Part shown: piece by piece, positions 38,283 through 48,063 of the stretch
Layout of the letters: each line of letters begins with the position of its first letter
How positions within the stretch are numbered: position 1 is the first letter of the stretch
NCBI GenBank assembly: GCA_963848885.1
Contig: CAWKFR010000009.1
Location: 25,074 to 89,073, forward strand
Direction: 5' to 3'
DNA length: 64,000 nucleotides
Source: an uncultured Thermoleophilaceae bacterium
GTDB lineage: Bacteria; Actinomycetota; Thermoleophilia; Solirubrobacterales; Thermoleophilaceae
The notes under the pieces: model-generated
Database searches by the model: none
What the model was told of the DNA's origin: nothing
The model's input: the letters and a program-made list of their open reading frames with translations, nothing else
Translations under genes and position numbers: made by a program

Positions 38283-39377
38283 GCCTTCAGCACGGCGCGC
38301 TCGAAGGCCTCCACGTCGGCCTCGAGCGGGTGGCGCTCGGTCACGGCGCGGCTGCCCTCGGCAAGGCGCTCGCGCAGGTCGCGGTCGCGGACCAGGCGCT
38401 CGAGCGCGACGCTGATCGCGCCGCGGTCGCCCGGGTCGACCAGCAGCGCGTTCTCGCCGCCGACGGCCACGTCGCCCGCGGCGCCCGCGCGGATCGAGCA
38501 GATCAGCGGCAGGCCGGCGGCGGCGCCCTCGCGCAGCGCGACGCCGAAGGGCTCGTAGGTGCTGACCAGCGCGAGCACGTGGGCGGCCCGGTAGACCTCG
38601 GGCAGCTCGGCGGGCGGCACGTACCCGCGCAGCCGCAGCGGCACTCCGCGCCGCTCGGCGAGCGCGCGCAGCTCCACGTCGAGCGAGCCGGTGCCGCACA
38701 GCTCGAGCTCGGCCTCCCCCGGCGCGAAGCCGGCGTCGGCGAACGCCTCGACCAGCAGGTCGAGGTTCTTGTCGGGCACGAGCCGGCCGATCGACAGCAC
38801 CCGCACCGGGCCGTCGCCGGCGACCGGTCGCGCGGGCCGCGAGCACGGCGTCGAGGTCGGCGCTCTGGATGCTCACCTCGATGCGCTCGCGCGGCACGCC
38901 CATGCGCTCGAGCCGCTCGACCCCCTGGGAGCTGAACACCACGAAGCCGTCGACGCGCGGGGCGAGCAGCCGGTGAACGCGGCGTTGCAGGCCCGACAGC
39001 ATCGGATCGCTCCAGGGGGTCAGCTCGCTCATGATCACGAGCCGTCGCCGCTTCCGCGCACACCACGCCAGAGCGCGCCAGGTTGCCGGTCCGAACTCCG
39101 AGCTCACGACGACCTCGGGGTCGGCCTCTGCAAGAGCTCGCCCAAGCCCGCGCGCGAGCATCAGCGGGGTGCGCCCGGGGCGGCCGCGCTGCCAGGAGCG
39201 CAGGATCTCGCGCTCGTAGCGGCCCCTGGCGCTAAACCAGTCCTGGCGCTGGTCCCAGCCCGGTTGGGCGCCGGACAGATAGACGACCCGAGGCGCCACG
39301 CGGCCGCGCTGCGCCAGCCGCTCGAAGAGCGGCTCGCGGTACGGGACGGGGACGGGGGCGAGGATGACGCAGCGCAC
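38279..39377 (-). pseudogene. GT4 family glycosyltransferase, one frame break as given
   Basis: N-terminal part from track ORF 37476..39401 (VRCVILAPVPVPYREPLFERL...). C-terminal part from track ORF 38279..38806 (RVLSIGRLVPDKNLDLLVEAF...STYEPFGVALREGAAAGLPLI). Break near 38830. Start GTG 39377 or 39383. Confidence 0.7.
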
Positions 39378-39549
39378 GGGCACACCGCAACTTTGCCCCA
39401 AACCATGGGTCGAAAGCGTTTAGCGATGGCGCCGACCCGGGCAGAAGTGAAGGCTGAACCCGACCCGAAGGGCCGGATCGCCTGTAGCCGCGCTCGCCGA
39501 ACCGGTTGCTAGCCTGCGCGCCGCCGCCACCCGTGGAGGATTTCGCACT

Positions 39550-40149
39550 GTGAGTCGAGTCGTACGGAACATCTTTTTGCTGGGCGCATTCGCACTGCTC
39601 GCGCTGCCGGCTGCCGCGAGCGCGAGCCCGGTGACCGACTGCGCGCGCGACAACGACCTCGACAAGCACTACTCCAACTCCGAGCTGCACAAGGCGCTCG
39701 ACGAGCTGCCCACCGACAGCGACGAGTACAGCCTCTGCCGCGAGGTGATCGGCGGCGCGATCACCGGCGGGTCGGACCGCGGCGGCGGCAGGCCCTCGGC
39801 CACGGGCCCCGGCGGCGGCCCGCTCGCGCCCGAAGAGCAGGCCAAGCGGACCAACGACAACCAGGAGCTCGCGAACCTCGCCGGGGACGACGGCAGCAAC
39901 CCCAACACGCCCAGCGTCAAGGTGGGCGACGAGACGGTCAAGCCCGGCTCGAACGGTCTGTACGACACGGCCAGCGCCAGCAACGGCCTGCCCACCCCCC
40001 TGCTCGCCGCGCTGATCGCGCTGGCGGCGCTCGCGCTCACCGGCGTGCTGGTCGCGCTGCGCAGCCGCATACCTGCGCTCGGCCGCCTGCCGCTCCTCTC
40101 CAAGATCCCGACACCGCGTGCTCCGTCCCCACGCTCCTCGCGCCGCTGA
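39550..40149 (+). CDS. Secreted, C-terminally membrane-anchored Gly/Ser/Thr/Pro-rich protein, function unknown
   Basis: GTG start 10 nt after GGAGG. Signal peptide MSRVVRNIFLLGAFALLALPAAASA, a two-Cys N-domain, a low-complexity linker (GGSDRGGGRPSATGPGGGPLAP...DDGSNPNTPS), a C-terminal TM LLAALIALAALALTGVLVAL and a basic tail. Confidence 0.6.
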   Translation: MSRVVRNIFLLGAFALLALPAAASASPVTDCARDNDLDKHYSNSELHKALDELPTDSDEYSLCREVIGGAITGGSDRGGGRPSATGPGGGPLAPEEQAKRTNDNQELANLAGDDGSNPNTPSVKVGDETVKPGSNGLYDTASASNGLPTPLLAALIALAALALTGVLVALRSRIPALGRLPLLSKIPTPRAPSPRSSRR

Positions 40150-42161
40150 AGTAATTCTCGGCGGCGCCCTTGCAGGCGTCGCCTTTGGCGCGGCCGGCGG
40201 CAGCGAGCTCGGCCGCACGACGATCGTCGAGGTGCTGGCCGTGATCGTCTGCGGCGCGTTCATCGCCGCCGCGATCCTGTGGAGCCGGCCCGGCCAGCTC
40301 TGGGGCGCGACCTGCGTGCTGCTGTTCGCCGCCTTCGCGGCGCTGACGGCTCTGTCGGTGACCTGGTCGATCGTGCCGTCGCTGTCCTACGTCGAGGCGG
40401 GCCGCACGCTCGCCTACCTGTGCATCTTCAGCGCCGCGGTCGCGGGGGCGCGGCTGGCGCCGCGCGCTACCGGGGTGGTGATCAGCGGCATCGTGCTCGC
40501 CGCGACCGCCGCCGTGCTCTACGCGCTGGCGGCGCGCGTCTGGCCGGGCTCGATCGGTGAGACCGAGATCTCCAACCGGATCGGGCAGCCGTTCCAGTAC
40601 TGGAACGCGGTCGGCACCACCGCCGCGCTGGCGATCCCAGGCCTGCTCTGGCTGGCCACGCGCCGCTGCGTGAGCGCGGTCGGCCGCGTCCTCGCCTACC
40701 CGGCGCTGGGCGCCGCGGTGCTCGCGCTGCTGCTCTCGCAGTCGCGCGGGGCGCTGGTGGCCGCCGTGATCGGCACCGTCGCCTGGATCGCGATCGTCCC
40801 GACCGTGCGGCTGCGATCGCTGCCGGCGATCGTCCTGCCGTCGCTCGGCGCCGGCGCGGTGGGCGCGTGGGCGCTGTCCCAGGACGCGTTCTCGGTCGCC
40901 GGCGAGCCGCTGCGGGTCAAGGAGAGCGTCGCCGGCGAGTTCGGCCTGCTGCTGCTCGTGATGCTCCTGGGGCTGGTCGTGGCCGGCGCGCTGGTCAACG
41001 CCGGCCTGAGCCGCGGCCTCCCTCCGGTCCACGTCGGCCGCCGGATCGGGATCGTGGCGCTGGTCATCGCGTGCGCCGTGCCGCTCGTGGCGTTCACCTC
41101 GGCGGCGTTCAGCGGCGGCATCGGAGACCGCGTCGACGAGCTGACGAGCGAGACGAGCACAGCCCCGTCGGACGAGGGCGCCGGGCGCCTGACGGCGGCC
41201 TCCTCGACGCGCGGCAAGTACTGGCGCGAGGCAGGCCGCGTGTTCGACGACCGGCCCGCGGCCGGGCTCGGGGCGGGCACCTTCCAGACCTCCAGGTTGC
41301 GCCATCGCAACGACGACAGCGTGACCAGGCACGCTCACGGGTTCGTCCCCCAGACGCTCGCGGACCTCGGGATCGCGGGGGTCGTGCTGAGCACGGCGCT
41401 GCTGATCGCCTGGCTCGTGGCCGCGGCGCGCGCCACGGGGCTGTACCCGCGCCGGCTGCCGTTCAGGCGCGGCAACGGCGACCCGCGGCCCAGGCGCGAC
41501 TGGGACGGCGACCGGATCGCGCTCGTCGCCGCGACCCTGATCGCCGTCGTGTTCGGGCTTCAGTCCGCGATCGACTGGACCTGGTTCGTGCCCGGGCCGA
41601 CCGCGATGGCGCTCGTCGCCGCCGGCTTCGTCGCCGGGCAGGCGCCGCTGGGCCGCCCCCGGCCGGCGGCCTCGCTCGCCGCACGAATCCTTCGCCCTCT
41701 CGCCCGGGCGGCTGCTCGCGGCGTCCGCCGTGCTGATCGCCGCGGTCATCACCGCCTGGGCGGTGTGGCAGCCGGAGGCGTCCGACCGGCAGACCGGCGA
41801 CGCGCTCCGCCTCGCCGAGGCCGGGCAAACCGAGGCGGCGATCGCCGAGGCGCAGGACGCGGCCGACACGAATCCGCTGAGCTCCAACCCGCTCCTGACC
41901 GAGGCGGCGATCGAGACCTCGGCCGGCAACCTCGGCGCGGCGCGCGCCGCGCTCGAACGCGCGGTGCTCGAGTTCCCCGGCGACCCCCAGAACTGGTATC
42001 GCCTGGCCGCCTTCCAGCTCGGCACGCTGGACCACCCGGTCCAGGCGGCCGCGACCGTCAGGGCGGCGATCTTCCTGGACCCGAAGGGCCAGCTCAATCG
42101 CCAGCTCTATCTCGAGGCCGTCGCCCGCGCCCGGGAGCTGCTGCGGGCCAAGCGCCCCTAG
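40118..42161 (+). pseudogene. O-antigen ligase/Wzy_C family polytopic membrane protein with C-terminal TPR-like domain, one frame break as given
   Basis: At least 10 hydrophobic spans. Wzy_C-like core ALLLSQSRGALVAAVIGTVAW, and a later loop with RGKYWREAGRVFDDRPAAGLGAGTF...HAHGFVPQTLADLG. The C-terminus (track ORF 41730..42161) is helical-repeat (TEAAIAEAQDAADTNPLSSNPLLTEAAIE...NWYRLAAFQ). Break near 41650-41700. The start is uncertain, since GTG 40118 overlaps the upstream gene. Confidence 0.7.
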
Positions 42162-42706
42162 CGCAGCGCGAGCGCCAGCAGGGTGCCCGAGCGGCGGCGC
42201 AGCGACTCGACGTCGAAGCCCAGGTCGTCGAGGACGCGCCGCAGCGAGCCCGAGGTGAAGCGCCGCAGGTGAGGCGAGAGCGGGTCGCCGGGCCGCACCA
42301 GCGGCGCGCTCGCCGGGGTGGTGAGCGCGAGCCGCCCGCCCGGCACGAGCACGCGCCTGATCTCCGACAGGAACAGCTGGAGGTCGCGCACGTGCTCGGC
42401 GGTCTCCGCGGTCAGCACGAGGTCGAACGCGCCGTCCGCGAACGGCAATGGCGCGTCCGGCTCGAGCTCGACGAGCTGCGCGCCCCCTAGCCGCGCCCTG
42501 GCGCGGTCGAGCGCGACGCGCGAGACGTCGGCGGCGGTCAGCTCGGCGGCATCCAGCTCGGCGGACAGCCGCCCGTCGCCGCAGCCGAGGTCGAGCGCGC
42601 GCCCCGAACGGCCGAGCCCGCGCACGAAGCCGACGAGCTGGGCCGGCGGCGGACCGGGATCCTCCGGCACCAGCTCCCAGAGCTCGTCGTCGTAGCGGCT
42701 GCCCAT
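42158..42706 (-). CDS. Class I SAM-dependent methyltransferase
   Basis: ALDLGCGDGRLS motif I and LVPGGRLALTTP. ATG 42706 was chosen so the gene does not overlap the divergent GNAT gene. Confidence 0.75.
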   Translation of the reverse strand: MGSRYDDELWELVPEDPGPPPAQLVGFVRGLGRSGRALDLGCGDGRLSAELDAAELTAADVSRVALDRARARLGGAQLVELEPDAPLPFADGAFDLVLTAETAEHVRDLQLFLSEIRRVLVPGGRLALTTPASAPLVRPGDPLSPHLRRFTSGSLRRVLDDLGFDVESLRRRSGTLLALALR

Positions 42707-42729
42707 GCCCGTATCCTCGCCGTCCCGCC

Positions 42730-43248
42730 ATGGATTGGTCACTGCGCCTCGCAACAGCCGCCGACGCCGAGCGGCTCGCCGCCAACGTGACCGCAGGCTT
42801 CGAGTCCTACCGCAGCTTCGCGCCGCCCGGGTGGGAGCCGCCCTCCGCCGACGGCGAGCTGGCGCTGATGGACGAGGGGCTGAAGCGCGACGACGTCTGG
42901 GTGCTGCTGGCCGAGGTCGACGGCGAGCTGGCCGGGCACGTGGCCATCCGCTCCGCCGAGAGCGCGCCGCGCGGCTCGCGCGAGCCCGGGCTCGCGCACT
43001 TCTGGCAGCTGTTCGTCAAGCCCGCCTGGCACGGCTCGGGCCTCGCGGTGCAGCTGCACGACGAGGCGATCCGCGAGGCCGGCGAGCGCGGCTTCACGGC
43101 GATCCGCCTGTACGCCGCCGAGGGCCAGGCCCGTGCGCGCCGCTTCTACGAGCGCGAGGGCTGGATCGCTCAGGGGCCGGCGGACCAGCTGCCCGGGTTC
43201 CGGATGCCGGTCATCGAGTACCGGCGGCCGATCAGCAGCAGCGTGTGA
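42730..43248 (+). CDS. GNAT family N-acetyltransferase
   Basis: 172 aa. Acetyl-CoA motif A FVKPAWHGSGLAVQLHDEAIREAGERG and RARRFYEREGW. Confidence 0.8.
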   Translation: MDWSLRLATAADAERLAANVTAGFESYRSFAPPGWEPPSADGELALMDEGLKRDDVWVLLAEVDGELAGHVAIRSAESAPRGSREPGLAHFWQLFVKPAWHGSGLAVQLHDEAIREAGERGFTAIRLYAAEGQARARRFYEREGWIAQGPADQLPGFRMPVIEYRRPISSSV

Positions 43249-43928
43249 CCGAGCGGGGCCAGGCGCGGACGCGACCCGTGCCGGTCGAGCCCGTGCAGCG
43301 CGCGCTGGGCGCCGCGCGGCAGGCGCCGCCAGCCGTAGGTCACGGCGTGCAGCTCGGGGTCGAGGCCCGCGGCCGCCGCCGAGCGCGCCAGCGCCCGCGG
43401 GGACAGCGGGATGTCGTCGGGTGTGCCGTGCGCCCACACGCCCAGCCCGGCGCGGTTGGCCAGCGCGAGCGCCGCGCCGACCGGGTGCCACAGCCCGGGC
43501 TCGATCACCACCAGCGCGCCGCCCGGGCGCAGCAGCCGAGCGGCCTCGTCGAAGACGGGGCCGAGCGGCTGCTGGTAGGCGACGTGGTGGAGCACCAGGC
43601 GGTACAGCACCACGTCGAATGAGGCCGGCTCGAAGGGCAGCTCGCCGGCGCGCGCGGTCAGCCCGGCGTCGATCTCGCCGCGCTCGAGCAGCGTCTCGAC
43701 CATGTCCGCGTTGACGTCCACCCCTGTCATCCGCCAGGCGGGGGCAGCGAACAGGTGCCTGCCGGGGTGCCAGCCGCAGCCGACCGACAGCACGTCGCCT
43801 CCGGCGATGCCGAGCCGGCGCGCGAGCAGCTCGTGCTCGCGCCGGTGCTCCTGGGCGTAGTGGACCTGCAGGGTGCCCGGGTCGGAGCGCCGGTCCAGCA
43901 GGTTGTCGGGCGTGTAGGGCTCGCTCAC
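43170..43928 (-). CDS. Class I SAM-dependent methyltransferase
   Basis: GTG 43928 overlaps the stop of the upstream sugar transferase (GTGA). VLSVGCGWHPG and LRPGGALVVIEP motifs. The 3' end overlaps the convergent GNAT gene by about 79 nt, so the stop is uncertain. Confidence 0.7.
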   Translation of the reverse strand: MSEPYTPDNLLDRRSDPGTLQVHYAQEHRREHELLARRLGIAGGDVLSVGCGWHPGRHLFAAPAWRMTGVDVNADMVETLLERGEIDAGLTARAGELPFEPASFDVVLYRLVLHHVAYQQPLGPVFDEAARLLRPGGALVVIEPGLWHPVGAALALANRAGLGVWAHGTPDDIPLSPRALARSAAAAGLDPELHAVTYGWRRLPRGAQRALHGLDRHGSRPRLAPLGHTLLLIGRRYSMTGIRNPGSWSAGP

Positions 43929-45418
43929 CAAGCTCCCCGCGTGCGGACCACGGCGGGGATCGTCTTCAGCATGATCGTCAGGTCGAGGAAGACCGACCAG
44001 CGCTCGAGGTAGAGGAAGTCGAGCCGGACCAGCTCGTCGAAGTCGAGCTCGGAGCGACCCGACACCTGCCACAGGCCGGTCATGCCGGGCAGCACCAGGT
44101 AGCGCTTGCGGTGCCAGTCGTCGAGCCGCTCGTAGTCGCGCTGCGGCAGCGGCCGCGGGCCGACCAGCGACATCTCCCCGCGCATCACGTTGAACAGCTG
44201 CGGCAGCTCGTCGAGCGACCAGCGCCGCAGGAAGCGGCCGACGCGCGTCACGCGCGGGTCCTCGCGGATCTTGAAGAGCGCGCCGTCGGCGTCGTTGCGC
44301 GGCTCGAGGTCGTCCTGGAGGTCGTCGGCCCCCTCGACCATCGTGCGGAACTTGAAGCAGGCGAACGAGTGCCCGCCGATGCCCGGGCGCATCGAGCGGT
44401 ACAGGACCGGCCCGCGCGAGGTCAGCTTGATCGCGAGCGACGCCAGGGTCATGAGCGGGGACAGCACCAGGAGCAGCAGCGTGGCGCCGACGAGGTCGAA
44501 GCTCCGCTTGATCGCGAAGTCGACGCCCTCGAAGACCGGCGGCTTGAGCTCGAACAGCGGCAGCGCCTGGCCCGGGACGAACTCGACCCGGTCCATCAGG
44601 ATCTCCATCGTCGACGGCGCCACCCGCACCCGCACGCCGTGCCGGTGGCACTGGTCGACCAGCTCCACGGCCTGGGCCTGGGGGAAGTCGGGGTCGGCGA
44701 TCAGCACCTCGTCGATCGCGTCGAAGTGGCGCTCGAGCTGCTCGAGCGAGCGGAAGTCGCGCAGGCCGTCGAGCAGCGCGACCGGCGTGCGCGTCACGAA
44801 CCCGTAGGGCTCGATCTCCCGCGAGTCGCGCAGCGCGTGCGAGACGGCCTGGATGTTCGCCCCGGAGCCGACGAGCACCGCGCGGCGCCGGTAGCCGGCG
44901 GCGCGCAGCACCCAGCCAGAGGCGCGCTCGAAGGCCCAGCGCAGCGACGACTCGTACAGCAGCGCGAAGAACAGCGACCCGTAGAAGATGTAGTACGACT
45001 GGAACGCCTCGCCCTCGATCTCCGCGTAGATCAGCACGACCAGGGTGACCTGGAACAGCGAGGCGATCACGCGGCTGAAGCCGGGGCGCTGGGCGCGGTC
45101 GCGGTAGAGGCCGGAGCGCGCGAACAGCAGCAGCATCACCAGGCCGGCGAGCGGGAAGTAGTCCTTCGCCTGCGCCCACATCTGGCCGAGCTGGTCGGGC
45201 GCGACGATCGCCGTCTTCAGGACGAGCGCCGTGTAGATCGCGAGGAACAGGCCGGCCAGGTCGAGCGCGCCGAGGATCGTGATGCGCGCGATCGCCCGGA
45301 CCGTGTCGAAGCGCAGGACGCTGCGCAGAAGCAGGGGCTTGGCCGCCCGGACGTCACGGTCCGGCAGCGGGGCCGATGGCTCGACCTCGCGCAGCTCTTT
45401 GACTAGTCCTTCAGGCAC
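43925..45418 (-). CDS. Polyprenyl-phosphate hexose-1-phosphate transferase (bacterial sugar transferase, WbaP/WsaP-like initiating enzyme)
   Basis: 497 aa with N-terminal TM bundle. C-terminal catalytic domain: KRSFDLVGATLLLLVLSPLM...GPVLYRSMRPGIGGHSFACFKFRTM...DPRVTRVGRFLRRWSLDELPQLFNVMRGEMSLVGPRP. Confidence 0.9.
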   Translation of the reverse strand: MPEGLVKELREVEPSAPLPDRDVRAAKPLLLRSVLRFDTVRAIARITILGALDLAGLFLAIYTALVLKTAIVAPDQLGQMWAQAKDYFPLAGLVMLLLFARSGLYRDRAQRPGFSRVIASLFQVTLVVLIYAEIEGEAFQSYYIFYGSLFFALLYESSLRWAFERASGWVLRAAGYRRRAVLVGSGANIQAVSHALRDSREIEPYGFVTRTPVALLDGLRDFRSLEQLERHFDAIDEVLIADPDFPQAQAVELVDQCHRHGVRVRVAPSTMEILMDRVEFVPGQALPLFELKPPVFEGVDFAIKRSFDLVGATLLLLVLSPLMTLASLAIKLTSRGPVLYRSMRPGIGGHSFACFKFRTMVEGADDLQDDLEPRNDADGALFKIREDPRVTRVGRFLRRWSLDELPQLFNVMRGEMSLVGPRPLPQRDYERLDDWHRKRYLVLPGMTGLWQVSGRSELDFDELVRLDFLYLERWSVFLDLTIMLKTIPAVVRTRGAW

Positions 45419-45478
45419 GGCTGGTTACCAGGGAGTGAAACAGGTGAACCGGGCGAATGTAGCGGGGCGCAATCTCAA

Positions 45479-47980
45479 TCACAGTTCTCGTTCGGCAAGC
45501 GCCACGGCGTCTGTAATCACGTATGCCCGGATGCGGCCCGGGAGGCTCGTCCCGGCGGGGATCCTGAGCCTGACCTCGCGGATCGCTCCGCGCGCCAACT
45601 TTAGTGAAGTCGCCTTGCGGTAATCGAGCGAGACCACCGCGCCGCTGTCGGCGTCGGTGAGCAGGATCGCGGCGGCGTGGCGGTCGGCGCGCAGCGGGGC
45701 GCCGGCCAGCCGGGCGACGGCGGCTCCCGCGGCGGCGCCGGCCGGGCGCTTCAGCGCCAGGCTCGCCAGCCGGACGCCGCGCGGGCGGCTGTCGGCGGGG
45801 CCGCGGTAGCGATCCGTGATGAAGGTCCCGCTCGAGGGCAGGATCGAGTCGCGGTTGCAGAGGCCGATCGCGATCAGGGCCGGGCCGTAGACCGGCACCT
45901 CGGGGCAGAAGACCTCGGCCGTCAGGCTGGCGCCGCGGGCGCGCCGGTCCGGACCCATCTGCATGCGCAGGTCGAAGCGGCGCAGCGGCACGTCGCCGAA
46001 CGAGAAGGTGAGGCTGAGGCCGCGCTGCGAGAGCAGCAGCGAGTCGTCGCGGTAGCGGCCCTGGAGCGGGAAGGCGAAGGCGCCGCGCCGGTCCGCGACC
46101 GTCGCGCCGCCCGGGCCGCGCTTGGTGCTGACGGCCCAGAGCAGCAGCGAGCCCTCGCGGTTGGCGTCGGGCGGCGACACGCGCAGCGCGCCGACGACCA
46201 TGTCGTACGAGTCGAAGCCGATCTGATTGAGGCTCGGCAGGATCGGCGGCAGCGGGACCGCGAGGCGGCTCAGCGCGAAGGCGCCGCCCTCGCGCAGCGG
46301 GGGCCCGCGGTGGCGGACCTTGGCGGTGCGGAAGCGGATCGTGTCGGCGACGGCGCCGGAGCGATCGTCGCCGCTCCAGGCACCCTCGACGCGCAGGGTG
46401 AACTCGCGACCGGGTGGCAGGAACCCGGTCGGGGTGACGTGCAGGTAGTGGCCGTCGCCGGACGGCTGGGCGGTGAAGTCGAAGGGCGGGTCGGCCGTGA
46501 CGCGGGTCGGCGCGACCAGGCCGGCGTCGACGGTCTCGCCGACCTGGCGGACGAGCAGGCGCGTGGTGAGCGCCGTGGCGGCCGGCAGCGGGCCTGCGGG
46601 GCCGGACAGGCGCGTGCTGCCGCCGGGGGTGACGTAGGCCATCCGGTCGAGGCTGCCGCCGAACTGGTCGCCCGGGTTGCGGTTGCAGCGCGCGTCGCGG
46701 CGGGCCTCGAGGCACCAGTCGTAGGGCACGAACACGATCCGGCCGTGCTCGCCGCCGATGTAGACGCCGCGGCGGCCCAGCGCGGGCGAGGAGTTGAGAT
46801 CGTTGCGGTCGCGCAGGATCGGGTCGCGCGGGGTGCTGTCGAAGGACCAGCGGCGCCGCCCGGTGCTCGCGTCGAGCGCGTACAGGCTGCCGTTGGCGGA
46901 GCCGACGTAGAGGATCCGCCCGCCGCCCCGCGGCGCTCGTCCGAGGACGGGCGAGGAGCGGACGGTGTCGCCGGTGTCGTAGCGCCAGCGCAGGTTGCCG
47001 CGCAGGTCGAACGCGTAGACGGAGCCGTCGGCGGAGGCGATGTAGACGCTCCGCTCGCCGAGCGCGGGCGAGGAGTAGACGTGGTCGTCGGTGGTGTAGG
47101 ACCAGCGGTCGCTGCCGGTCTTGGGGTCGAGCGCGTGGATGGCGCCGTCGAAGGAGCCGATGTAGACCGTGCCGCCAGGGCCGATCGCCGGCGAGGAGGT
47201 GACGAAGCCGCCCGTGGGCCGCTGCCACAGCTCGCGGCCGCGCGAGTCGACTGCGTAGATGGAGAGGTCCAGCGAGCCGAAGAAGACCGTGCCGTCCCTG
47301 GCGATGGCGGCGTTCGACCAGACGGAGTTGCCGGTCGGGTGCAGCCAGCGCAGCCGGCCATTCGGGTTCAGCGCGTACTCCGCGCCGCCGGTGTTGCCGG
47401 CGTACAGCACGCCGCCGGGGCCCATCGTCACGTTGCCCTCCCACCAGTTGACGAGCTGGCCCTGGGCCGGCTTGCGCGTGGCGCGGTAGCGCCAGACGAC
47501 GCGGCCGTCCGCGGACCGCAGGCGGTAGAGGCGCTCGTCGCCGGACCCGAAGGTGACCGTGCCACCGCGGCCGAGGACGGCGGCCGAGTCGATGATGCCG
47601 CCGGTCCTGAAGCGCCACCTGGGGCGCCCGTCGCGCAGCGCGTAGAAGCGCGTGTCGGCCGAGCCGGCGTAGACGGTCTCGCGCCGGCCCACGACCGGCG
47701 TGCTGAAGACGCCCTTGCCTGTCACGAAGGCCCAGGGCCGGTCGCCCAGGTGGTAGCGGGCGCGGATCGGGCTGCGGCCGGTGTTGAAGCGGTCGTGGCG
47801 CATGGAGGGCCAGGGGGCGCCCCGTTCGGTGGGCACGTCGGTCGGCGCGGCGCCCTGCGCCGGCGCCGCGGCCACCGCGGTCGCGAGAACGGCAGCGATG
47901 AGGACGGCGGCGCGCACGGCCGGGAGGCTAACGCCGCGAGGTGTGTTCCGTTTTGCGTCAGCAGCGCGACGTTCGGTCAC
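45479..47980 (-). CDS. Secreted PQQ-like beta-propeller repeat protein with ~400-aa C-terminal domain of unknown function
   Basis: 833 aa. Signal-like N-terminus AVRAAVLIAAVLATAVAAAPAQG. Repeated G.VY.GS.DG.LYALD..TG..RW units (for example TVYIGSFDGAIHALDPKTGSDRW and ILYVGSANGSLYALDASTGRRRW). I recognised nothing in the C-terminal half. Confidence 0.75.
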   Translation of the reverse strand: MTERRAADAKRNTPRGVSLPAVRAAVLIAAVLATAVAAAPAQGAAPTDVPTERGAPWPSMRHDRFNTGRSPIRARYHLGDRPWAFVTGKGVFSTPVVGRRETVYAGSADTRFYALRDGRPRWRFRTGGIIDSAAVLGRGGTVTFGSGDERLYRLRSADGRVVWRYRATRKPAQGQLVNWWEGNVTMGPGGVLYAGNTGGAEYALNPNGRLRWLHPTGNSVWSNAAIARDGTVFFGSLDLSIYAVDSRGRELWQRPTGGFVTSSPAIGPGGTVYIGSFDGAIHALDPKTGSDRWSYTTDDHVYSSPALGERSVYIASADGSVYAFDLRGNLRWRYDTGDTVRSSPVLGRAPRGGGRILYVGSANGSLYALDASTGRRRWSFDSTPRDPILRDRNDLNSSPALGRRGVYIGGEHGRIVFVPYDWCLEARRDARCNRNPGDQFGGSLDRMAYVTPGGSTRLSGPAGPLPAATALTTRLLVRQVGETVDAGLVAPTRVTADPPFDFTAQPSGDGHYLHVTPTGFLPPGREFTLRVEGAWSGDDRSGAVADTIRFRTAKVRHRGPPLREGGAFALSRLAVPLPPILPSLNQIGFDSYDMVVGALRVSPPDANREGSLLLWAVSTKRGPGGATVADRRGAFAFPLQGRYRDDSLLLSQRGLSLTFSFGDVPLRRFDLRMQMGPDRRARGASLTAEVFCPEVPVYGPALIAIGLCNRDSILPSSGTFITDRYRGPADSRPRGVRLASLALKRPAGAAAGAAVARLAGAPLRADRHAAAILLTDADSGAVVSLDYRKATSLKLARGAIREVRLRIPAGTSLPGRIRAYVITDAVALAEREL

Positions 47981-48063
47981 TCACTTACGAAAAACGGTCG
48001 CAAATTGCATCCTTTGCGAGTGGCGGACAGGGGCGGACCCGGTAAACGATTCCTCTCCACTCT

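Noticed and set aside
43170-43248. 79-nt convergent overlap of the GNAT and methyltransferase 3' ends, and similar overlaps at 54496-54587 and 11993-12060, considered as functional antisense overlaps
   Set aside because: Given the many frame errors in this sequence, a missed stop or shifted C-terminus is more likely than a selected overlap. The overlapping tails are low-complexity.
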